A DNA stretch of 42,745 nt. It comes from a virus (lineage: Duplodnaviria > Caudoviricetes). Shown in pieces: positions 25,958 through 34,087 of this stretch; the first letter of the stretch is position 1, and each line of letters begins with the position of its first letter. The stretch spans positions 1-42,745 of the IMG/VR virus record IMGVR_UViG_3300037479_000410. One strand, written 5' to 3'. A program made the position numbers and the translations under genes. Below the pieces are notes generated by a model that searched no databases, was not told the origin of the DNA, and saw only the letters and a list, made by a program, of their open reading frames with translations.

Positions 25958-27558
25958 TGCTCCTCCTGCTCCTCCTCTGGGCGGGGGCGGCGTGGGCGCA
26001 GCCCGTCGTGGGGCCGGCCCCAGGCTACACGACCATTCAGGACGAGGGGACGGCCGTGCCCCGACGGCGGATCCTCAACGTCACGGGCGCGGGGGCGACC
26101 TGCACGGACGACACGACCCGCACGACCTGCGACTTCTCCGCCGGCGGGGGAGGGTGCGCGAACACGTACGCGACCGTCACCGGGGACGATGCGGTGGCGG
26201 CTACGGCGGCGGGCTGCACGGATGATCTCGACCTTCTGGGCTCGACGGACGGGATCGACGTGCTCTGCGAGAACGTGGCCCCCGACTCCTGCACGGTCTC
26301 GTTCGATGCGAGCGAGCTACCCGCGAACGACGTGTCCTGTGCGGCGGTGAGCGAAGGGGCAGGGACGGACATCTGCGCCGACCTGGAGGAGGAGACGCAC
26401 GCGGCGGAGCATTCGGCCGGTGCGGCCGATCCGATCACGGCGACGAACCTCGCGTCGAGCTGCACGGACGCCCAGGTGCTCGGCGGCACGTCTGGCGGCA
26501 CGGGGGTCGAGTGCCAGACGGACGACGACGTGCTCGACCTGCTCGGCGATCTCGGGGACCTCTGCGCGGCGGGCGAGTCCGTGCGGCGCGACGGCACGGA
26601 CACGGCGAACGAATGCTTCACGGCGGGCGATGTGACGGCGGTCGGCCCGGGCTGCGCGATCGGGGCGTGCTGGACCAACGGCGTCGCGACCAGCGGCTCG
26701 GTGCTCCTCAACTGGGAAGGGACGACGGTCGACGGGAACGATTTCCAGATGACCGTCCCAGCAAACCCGAGCGGGCTTCAGGTCTGGCTCGTCTCGGATG
26801 GGCCGGGAACGCTCAGCTTCCCCACCCCCGGCAACGACACGCTCGTCGCCCGGGCCACGACGGACACGCTCACCAACAAGACGATTGCGGGCGGGGACGC
26901 GGGGGCGGGCACGACGCGGCCGGCGGGCAGCAACATCGTGCAGGTGCGGACGCACAATACCGACTGCACGACGCTGACGGACGGGAAGCAGGGCGAGGTC
27001 TGCTGCGACGAGGACAACGGGCAGTGCTGGGTCTGCATCCCGAGCGCCGGGGACTGCGACACGGCAGGGGAGTGGGACGAGGTGGATCAGACCGCGGGTG
27101 GAGGTGGGGGCGGCGATACGGTGGTGCGGCTTGGCAGCGATGTGACGGAATCCGCCGGGTCCTACACCGACGTGACGGGCCTCTCCTTCACGGCCGCCGC
27201 GAGCACCGATTACGTGATCGAGGCGAACCTGCTCTATCGGTCGGCAGGCACAACGACCGGGATCTCGTTCGCCGTGAACGGTCCGGCGTCCCCGACGGCG
27301 GTGGTCGTCGCGACGCAGATCCACACCTCGCTCGCCAACGGCGGGGACATCCGCTACGCGGCGCGCGCCTACAACAGCGGCAACGATACGGCCACGGTCG
27401 ATACGGCCAACGCAGATCTACCCGCGCGGATGCAGATTCTTCTCCGCAACGGCACGACGAGCGGCACGGTCATCGTGCGCGTCCGGCGTGAAGTCGCCGG
27501 GAGCGCCACCGTGACCGTCCGGGCCGGAAGCGTCTTGCGCTATCGGCAGACGAGCTGA
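25957..27558 (+). CDS. Signal-peptide-bearing, acidic Cys-rich tail-fibre-like protein D (533 aa)
   Basis: AGGAG SD; MLLLLLLWAGAAWA|QP; IQDEG...LNVTGAGAT and TTDTLTNKT fibre motifs; 20 Cys. Confidence 0.8.
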   Translation: MLLLLLLWAGAAWAQPVVGPAPGYTTIQDEGTAVPRRRILNVTGAGATCTDDTTRTTCDFSAGGGGCANTYATVTGDDAVAATAAGCTDDLDLLGSTDGIDVLCENVAPDSCTVSFDASELPANDVSCAAVSEGAGTDICADLEEETHAAEHSAGAADPITATNLASSCTDAQVLGGTSGGTGVECQTDDDVLDLLGDLGDLCAAGESVRRDGTDTANECFTAGDVTAVGPGCAIGACWTNGVATSGSVLLNWEGTTVDGNDFQMTVPANPSGLQVWLVSDGPGTLSFPTPGNDTLVARATTDTLTNKTIAGGDAGAGTTRPAGSNIVQVRTHNTDCTTLTDGKQGEVCCDEDNGQCWVCIPSAGDCDTAGEWDEVDQTAGGGGGGDTVVRLGSDVTESAGSYTDVTGLSFTAAASTDYVIEANLLYRSAGTTTGISFAVNGPASPTAVVVATQIHTSLANGGDIRYAARAYNSGNDTATVDTANADLPARMQILLRNGTTSGTVIVRVRREVAGSATVTVRAGSVLRYRQTS

Positions 27559-27568
27559 GCCAAGGAGG

Positions 27569-28792
27569 ATGATGATGCGGAACCGATGGAGTCTCAACGC
27601 TCTGGGGCTGGTCGCTCTGGTGGCTGCGGCCCGGATGGCGGGGGCGCAGTGCCCCTACTTGCCGCCGGAGTCGAGCGGGAGCGGCACCATCTCCTCCTCG
27701 GGCGCAACCGTCACCGGGACGGGCACGGCCTTTCAGGACGAGATCGAGGTGGGCTTCATCCTGAAGGCGGCGAATCAGACGGTCGCGGTCACGGCGATCG
27801 CCAGCCAGACCTCGCTCACCACGAGCCCGAGCTTCGCGCCGGCTCTCAGCGGGGCGACCTTCACGAAGTCCCCGCCGCCCTACCAGATCGACGGCAGCAA
27901 CTGTGCGCCCGTCTACCTGGTCCGCGCCGACGGCAGCCACGTGGGCCCGCGCCTGCAGGTGATCGGCCCGACGCCGCCGACCGCGGCCACCGGGAACGGC
28001 ATCACGCCGGCGGCGGCGCTGCACGTCCAGGCCTCACCCGGCGGGGCGACCACGGACGCGACCGGCGATGTCGGCGGCACGGGGGGCGCGGGCATCCTGA
28101 TCTTGGGGAAGGGCGGCAACGCCCCCGCGGGGAGCACACCCGGCGTGGGCGGCGGCTATACGCTGTTCGCCGGCGACGGCGGCGACATCTCTTCCGGCAC
28201 CGGCGGCACGGCCGGCACGGGAGGGAGCTTCGTCCTCGACGCCGGCAAGGGCGGCACGGCGGGCTCGGGCAACACGAACGGCAACGGCGGCCACATCGAG
28301 ATCAACGCCGGGCCCGCGGGGTCGGGCGCGGGCAGCGCGGGGGTCGCGGGCTCGGTCCGCCTCGGCAACGTGAACGGGAACGTCGAGATCTACGGCGCCA
28401 AGGCCGCCGCCCACACGGTCCTCTCGACGACCGCGGACACGTCGATCGCGTCCACGAGCGAGGTGCAGCTCCTCTCGGGGAGCGTCACGACGCGAAGCGG
28501 GAAGACGATTATAGTCACAGCCGCGGTGAAGCTCGTCAACTCGGCGAGCGCGTCGCGATCCTACACCTTCCAGCTCCGCCGCGGCGGCACAGGCTGCGCG
28601 GACGGCACGGCGGTGACGGACGGCGACGGCTACCTCCCCGGCACGGGTGCAGGCGACCGCTGGACCCATGTCTACAGTGCGAACGAGTCGTCGCCCGGCG
28701 GGACCGTCACGTACCGCTTGTGCGCGAAGTCCTCGAGCGCGACCGGGACGCAGACGGCCGAGTACGCGCAGATGACGTTCACGGAGTTGTGA
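27569..28792 (+). CDS. Signal-peptide-bearing Gly-rich fibre-like protein E
   Basis: AAGGAGG SD; MMMRNRWSLNALGLVALVAAARMAGA|QC; GTISSSGATVTGTGTAF tail motif; 4 Cys. Confidence 0.85.
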   Translation: MMMRNRWSLNALGLVALVAAARMAGAQCPYLPPESSGSGTISSSGATVTGTGTAFQDEIEVGFILKAANQTVAVTAIASQTSLTTSPSFAPALSGATFTKSPPPYQIDGSNCAPVYLVRADGSHVGPRLQVIGPTPPTAATGNGITPAAALHVQASPGGATTDATGDVGGTGGAGILILGKGGNAPAGSTPGVGGGYTLFAGDGGDISSGTGGTAGTGGSFVLDAGKGGTAGSGNTNGNGGHIEINAGPAGSGAGSAGVAGSVRLGNVNGNVEIYGAKAAAHTVLSTTADTSIASTSEVQLLSGSVTTRSGKTIIVTAAVKLVNSASASRSYTFQLRRGGTGCADGTAVTDGDGYLPGTGAGDRWTHVYSANESSPGGTVTYRLCAKSSSATGTQTAEYAQMTFTEL

Positions 28793-28823
28793 TGGTATCG
28801 TCGGAGCAAGGAGGTCTGCTTCC

Positions 28824-29143
28824 ATGACGACACTCGTGCTCCTCATGCTGCTCGTCTCCGGCTGCACGCCCGTGATCGCGTGGTTCGGCTCGTCGATCAG
28901 CTATGGAACCCTCTCTCCTACGTGAGCGACTACAACGCGCTCATCCGCTCGACGTATCCCACACGCTACATCGAGCTCGACGGGGAGTTCCTCGCGCGCG
29001 GGGGGACCTTGGCCATGTTCCCCGACGGGCTCCATCCGAACTGCGACGGCTACACGCTCATGGCGGAGATCGTGGCGGACGCCCTCGCGACACGAGGGGT
29101 CGCGACGCTCAAGTCCCCTCCGCCGGACCTCTCCTGCTCCTAG
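28824..29143 (+). pseudogene. SGNH/GDSL-hydrolase-like exported protein, internally deleted and frameshifted
   Basis: Frame 1: MTTLVLLMLLVSGC...IAWFGSSISYG, stop at 28925; other frame: YNALIR...DGLHPNCDGYTLMA. Confidence 0.65.
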
Positions 29144-29150
29144 GCGACGC

Positions 29151-30209
29151 ATGGCGAACTTCCAGCTGACCCGGGACCTCTGGACCGACGCGCTCCATCT
29201 GGCCGGGGAGCTGACTGACGGCACCTCGCGCTACGGCACCCCGCAGTACGACGGGAAGGCATTGGAGTACCTGAACGCCGTGAACCGCCTCCTCTACACC
29301 GGGGGGCGATTGGGTAGTGTGCTGGTGCTCGCGCACGACTGGCTCTGGGCCCGGCCGTGGCCGCGGCTTCGGCTGAACCTCGAATCGGCGTGGTCCGGGA
29401 GCGGCACCGTGACCCTTACCTCCGGGAGCACGACGGCGACGCTCGACGCCGCGCCCCCGACGGGGATGAGCCTCGCCAACTGGCGTCTCTGGGTGTGGGC
29501 CAACTCCTCAGCCGGGAACGAGGAGCCGTGGACCGTGGCCGTCCAGGCGCACACCGCGGGCTCGACCACCGTGACGCTTCGCGCAGCTTGGCCGTACCCG
29601 AACGGTGTCGCGGGGAACAGCGGAAGCGAGCAGTTCGTGTTCGGCCGGGTCGAGTACCTCCTGACGACCGTCGCGTCCGACTTCCTCCGCTTCGTCGGCC
29701 CCTTCTGGATGATGGGCCGCCCGGGGTACATCCCGATTATCTCCGCCGAGCGCCTCCAGCAGGATTTCCCGCTGTTACGGACGAGCGACGGGCTCCCTGA
29801 GGCGGCGGCCATCGTCGGAGCGTCCACAGACAGCCCCGGTATCTACGTCGTCCAGTTCAGCCACTACCTGAAGAAGATGACGGGCCTGGCGGACCGACGC
29901 TTTCTCTCCTTGGAGTTCGACCGCATCCCGATGCCGACGACGCTGAGCGCGGGCGCGACCGAGGAGCCCGCCGTGCCGTTGCCCCATCGACGGCTCCTGT
30001 CCTTCGGCGCCGCCTACTACCTCTGCCTGGACAAGTCCAGCGCCAAGGCCGCGATCATGGAGCGGGAGTTCGCCCAGGGCCTCTCCGCGATGGTCGAGGA
30101 GCACGAGAAGATCGTTGCCGGGATGACCGAGGAGTATGGGAGGATTCCCCCCTACGCCGGGCGGCGGCGACGGCTCGAGACGGGCGGGTGGGGGCTCCCG
30201 GTCGACTGA
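29151..30209 (+). CDS. Head-tail adaptor / tail tubular A-like protein
   Basis: ALEYLNAV N-terminus; EEPAVPLPHRRLLSFGA C-terminus; position before the nozzle. Confidence 0.7.
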   Translation: MANFQLTRDLWTDALHLAGELTDGTSRYGTPQYDGKALEYLNAVNRLLYTGGRLGSVLVLAHDWLWARPWPRLRLNLESAWSGSGTVTLTSGSTTATLDAAPPTGMSLANWRLWVWANSSAGNEEPWTVAVQAHTAGSTTVTLRAAWPYPNGVAGNSGSEQFVFGRVEYLLTTVASDFLRFVGPFWMMGRPGYIPIISAERLQQDFPLLRTSDGLPEAAAIVGASTDSPGIYVVQFSHYLKKMTGLADRRFLSLEFDRIPMPTTLSAGATEEPAVPLPHRRLLSFGAAYYLCLDKSSAKAAIMEREFAQGLSAMVEEHEKIVAGMTEEYGRIPPYAGRRRRLETGGWGLPVD

Positions 30210-32641
30210 TGCCGGGGCATGCGAGCGACCTCCTGGTCGCGGAGATCCTCTTCGGCGACTACGGCTTGAGCGCGGACGTGAATCCGCTCCGCATCCCCCC
30301 GGGGGCGCTCACCGAAGCCGACGGCGTGACGCTCGAAGGCGGCGCCCTGGAGAAGGAGCCTGGCGCGACGCGCTTCGATACCGTGTCGCTGGCCCCCTTG
30401 GCGAGCGGCACCCTCTCGGCCGCCAACCTCACCTGGGCGGCGGCGCTCGTGACCTTCAAGAAGGCGAGCGGAGCCGCGGTCGTGGCGACGACGCTCGGCA
30501 CCTTCCAAAACGCCAGCGGCACGACGTTCCCGATCACCGTCGCCGGCGGCGCGAGCGTCGGGCATCGGGTCGTGGTCGTCGCCCGCGACAACGCGCAAGC
30601 CTCCCAGAGCTGCACCGTGACCGACAGCCGGGGGAACACCTACACACCGCACGTGACGCTCACGAACCTCGGGGGCACCATGACCCTCCGCGTGTTCTCG
30701 GCGCGCGTGACGACTGCTCTCCTGGTGGGCGACACCATCACCGTCACCTACGGGCTGTCGATCGCGACCGGGGCGACGGCCGGCACGGCGGTGGGGTTCG
30801 CGGACGACGACAACGTGGTCGATCGCCTGAGCACCGCGACCGGGCAGTTTCCGGGGGGGACGGACATCACCGTCGGCCCGACGGCCCCCCTGACCTACGC
30901 GCCCGAGCTGCTCGTCTACTGCGCCGCCTGGCCGAGCGCCGCGACGCACACCCCGGGGTCGAACTTCACGGAGCAGAACGAGCACGATCAGGTGCAGGTG
31001 TCGTATCGACTCGATGCGACCTCGCCCACCATTATCGCCCTCGCGGACTACCACCCCCACCAGCCGACCACCTACAGCTCCGGCTTCAGCGTTTCTGCGG
31101 TCAAGGGGAGCGTGACGGTGACCGGCACGGGCACGCCGAGCTTCGACACCCGGGTGTTCCACAACGACCTGATCGAGCTGAGCACGGGGGGCGTGACGGA
31201 GCGCCGGCGCGTCACGGCGGTCACGGCGACGACGGTCACCGTCGCCGATCCATGGACGACCGATTTCACCGCCCTTACGACCTACACCGTCGTATCGCGG
31301 CAGCGGCTGCTGAGCGCGACCACGGCCGGGTCGATCTTCAAGGAGCGGAACGGTGACCTCGATGCGGTCGCGCTCGTGAGCGGGATCTCCCCGGCGCATC
31401 CCGGCGTCTTCGTCCAGGCCGGGAAGGAAGGCGGGGCGGCGAGCAACCGGAAGCTCTTCTATCTGAACGGCCATGACCCCGTACGCGCGGCGGACGGCGA
31501 CGGGGCCATGACGGCGCTCAACGCCGCGAGCGAGGCCAACGAGGACTGGACCGGGACGCACCAGCCGTCGTTCGCCACTGTGTATCGGAATCGGCTGGTC
31601 GCGCTGGGCAACCAGAACCACCCGCACCGGGTCTATCTCTCCCGGGCGGCGAATCACCGGGACTTCCGCACGATCAGCGGGGGCGATGTGCGCTTGCAGT
31701 ACGACGCGCACACGAACGTCGGGGAGCGCTTGGTGACGGCGGCGGTCGTGCAGGACCGGCTCTTCCTCTTCAAGTATCCCGTCGGGATCATCTGGCTCGA
31801 CGCCACGGACGCGAGCACGGCCAACTGGACGGTCAAGATCCACTCGACCGCCCTCGGGGTGGCGCCCTCGCCCTACGCCACCCTCGCGATCGACGACGAC
31901 GTGCTCTTCATCACACCGGACGCCCGGTTCCATCTCCTCACGGCGATCGACAGCCCGAACGGGTTTCGGGCGAGCGACCTCTCGGCCGCGCTCCGCTTGG
32001 AGCGCTGGCTGCGGGCGAACATCAACACCGCCCGGCTGAACGAGACCGTCTCGGCGTGGCATCCGCAGAGCCGGACGGCGTACTTCGGCCTCCCCGGCAC
32101 CGGGAGCCCCATGAACAGCGTCGTCGTCCGGTTCGACTTCTCCACGGTGGGGCCGCCGAAGTTCACGTACACCCATCTCTACAGCCCGACCGCGATGGCG
32201 ACCCGGACGGATCCCAACACCGGCGAGCAGCGGGTGATGATCGGGGAGGGCGGGACGGTCTTCGTGATCGACCCCCTGAATGCGACCGGCTACACGAAGA
32301 ACGGCCAGGGCTACACCTCACGGGCGAAGACGCCGTACTCGGACCTGCGCTTCGTCGATCCCCGCTACGCGCGGTATCGGAAGAACTTTCAGGGTGTGGA
32401 GCTGGTGTTCGACCGCGCGGCGGGGACGGAGCAGGTAACGGTCGAGGTGCAGGTGGACGGCACCCGGGTCAGCGAGTCAGGGCTGGTCGCCCGGGCGGAC
32501 CGCGTGGTCGACCGCCTCCCGATCCAGGGCGAAGGGGTCGGCGTCGAGACGATCCTCACGACCCCCGCGACGAGCACCACCACGTACCGCCTCCTCGCCC
32601 TCCGGTATCTCTTCGAGCTGACCGGGACCGAGATGCGCTAG
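30209..32641 (+). CDS. Tail nozzle / tubular B (P22 gp10-like beta-propeller) with inserted domains
   Basis: TVYRNRLV, RVYLSRA, RLFLFKY blade motifs; 810 aa. Confidence 0.7.
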   Translation: MPGHASDLLVAEILFGDYGLSADVNPLRIPPGALTEADGVTLEGGALEKEPGATRFDTVSLAPLASGTLSAANLTWAAALVTFKKASGAAVVATTLGTFQNASGTTFPITVAGGASVGHRVVVVARDNAQASQSCTVTDSRGNTYTPHVTLTNLGGTMTLRVFSARVTTALLVGDTITVTYGLSIATGATAGTAVGFADDDNVVDRLSTATGQFPGGTDITVGPTAPLTYAPELLVYCAAWPSAATHTPGSNFTEQNEHDQVQVSYRLDATSPTIIALADYHPHQPTTYSSGFSVSAVKGSVTVTGTGTPSFDTRVFHNDLIELSTGGVTERRRVTAVTATTVTVADPWTTDFTALTTYTVVSRQRLLSATTAGSIFKERNGDLDAVALVSGISPAHPGVFVQAGKEGGAASNRKLFYLNGHDPVRAADGDGAMTALNAASEANEDWTGTHQPSFATVYRNRLVALGNQNHPHRVYLSRAANHRDFRTISGGDVRLQYDAHTNVGERLVTAAVVQDRLFLFKYPVGIIWLDATDASTANWTVKIHSTALGVAPSPYATLAIDDDVLFITPDARFHLLTAIDSPNGFRASDLSAALRLERWLRANINTARLNETVSAWHPQSRTAYFGLPGTGSPMNSVVVRFDFSTVGPPKFTYTHLYSPTAMATRTDPNTGEQRVMIGEGGTVFVIDPLNATGYTKNGQGYTSRAKTPYSDLRFVDPRYARYRKNFQGVELVFDRAAGTEQVTVEVQVDGTRVSESGLVARADRVVDRLPIQGEGVGVETILTTPATSTTTYRLLALRYLFELTGTEMR

Positions 32642-32868
32642 GGCGCGTAGATCAGGACGCGGTGCTGCTCGCCGTAGACGGCCCGCCGGCAGGCGGCCGG
32701 GTCCCCGCCCTGCGCCACGCAGTGCTCGACATCCTCGGCTCGTGCTTCTGCGATCTCTCGCTCGGCGCAGGCGTAGTTGTAGATGCCCATGGTGGCGATC
32801 CCGAGGGCGATCTTGTCCGGAACGGTGCAGCATCCCGTGAGGAGGAGAAGGCCGCAGAGCGCCCGCAC
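32638..32868 (-). CDS. Small lipoprotein, antisense to the late operon
   Basis: GAGAGGGG SD; MRALCGLLLLTGC lipobox. Confidence 0.7.
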   Translation of the reverse strand: MRALCGLLLLTGCCTVPDKIALGIATMGIYNYACAEREIAEARAEDVEHCVAQGGDPAACRRAVYGEQHRVLIYAP

Positions 32869-32931
32869 GGCCCCCTCTCTACACCGCTCCTGTTGACCCT
32901 GACCAGATGCCTAGGGTAGAACGCCGTTTGT

Positions 32932-34086
32932 ATGGGTATGGGTGGGGCTCTCGGGGCTGCGGGGTTCGGCCTCCAGGTGGCCGGGCAGATCCAGCAGACG
33001 TTCGGGGAGTGGCTGAAGGCCCGCGAGGCGAAAGCCTTCCTCGAGAAGGAGCGCCACCGCCTCCAGAAGCTCCAGTACCCCACCCGGGGCGAGCAGCGCC
33101 GCCGCCGCCGGCTCCGGGAGGTCCTGGGGGCTGCGGAGGCCGCCGGGCAGCGGCAGTCCTTCGGCATCAACCTGATTCAGCCCGAGCTGTTCCGCGAAGC
33201 AGGGTTCGAGCTCGATGTGGATCCCGCGTCGGTCGCGCGCGCCGCCGCCGCCCGGGGCGAGGTCGAAGCCGCGGAGCAGCGGATCGCCGGCCTCCGCGCT
33301 GCCCTTGCTGGGACACGGGGCAAGAAGAAGGGCCAGCGGAAGCAGCTTCGTCGGGAGACGAGCCAGCTGACCAACCTCCTCTTCGCCGCGGCCGAGGCGG
33401 AGGCGGCGGCCAACCGCCCGAGGGGGATCCGACGGGTGGGAGAGCCCGGTGGGGTGCTCGGGACCGAGCGGGACCGCCGGCTCTTCGACGTGCTCCTCGG
33501 GCGGATCGAGACGGCCGCCCGGGGAGAGGCGGGGGCCGACCCCGAATTGGAGCGCCGGCTCGCCGAGGAGGAGCGGCAGGTCCACGAGGTGCTCCGCCGC
33601 CAGCTCGGCCCCGACTACGCGACCAGCTCGGCGGGCATCGAGGCGTTGGCGGAGTTCAGCCAGCGGGCGAACGAGCTGCGGACGGAGTTCGCGCGGCGGG
33701 ACCTGACGGAGCTTTTGCCCATCATCGGCGCCGAGCGGGGCCGGCTCGCGGAGATCGCCGGGGTGCGCCAGGCCCTCCTCGCCTTCCCGGCCGTGCTGCC
33801 GGGCGAGGCGGCGCGGACGCTTGCGAGCTTGGCGGGCGTCAACCTCGAGGAGCTGCGGATGATGCAGCAGGACCGGCTCGCCATGCTAGCCCAGGGGCAG
33901 TTCCCGACGCCGCCCTCGCCCATCGGGATCGGCCTCGTGAGCGGCGGGGAGGGGATGGAGCGGAGCGGCTCGGCGCTCTCGATGGGCGCGCTCTTGGGTG
34001 GCGGGGGTGGCGGGGGTGGCTTCGGCGGTGCTTCGCTCCGAAACTCGCGCATCGCCTCCCAGGCGTTCCAGGTGGACAACCCCTAG
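32932..34086 (+). CDS. Putative internal virion/DNA ejection protein 1
   Basis: Gly/Ala hydrophobic N-terminus, helical body; position after the nozzle. Confidence 0.65.
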   Translation: MGMGGALGAAGFGLQVAGQIQQTFGEWLKAREAKAFLEKERHRLQKLQYPTRGEQRRRRRLREVLGAAEAAGQRQSFGINLIQPELFREAGFELDVDPASVARAAAARGEVEAAEQRIAGLRAALAGTRGKKKGQRKQLRRETSQLTNLLFAAAEAEAAANRPRGIRRVGEPGGVLGTERDRRLFDVLLGRIETAARGEAGADPELERRLAEEERQVHEVLRRQLGPDYATSSAGIEALAEFSQRANELRTEFARRDLTELLPIIGAERGRLAEIAGVRQALLAFPAVLPGEAARTLASLAGVNLEELRMMQQDRLAMLAQGQFPTPPSPIGIGLVSGGEGMERSGSALSMGALLGGGGGGGGFGGASLRNSRIASQAFQVDNP

Positions 34087-34087
34087 C

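Noticed and set aside
3511-29143. Stop-codon reassignment explaining the broken genes
   Set aside because: All core genes are intact under code 11, with TAG, TGA and TAA all used as stops
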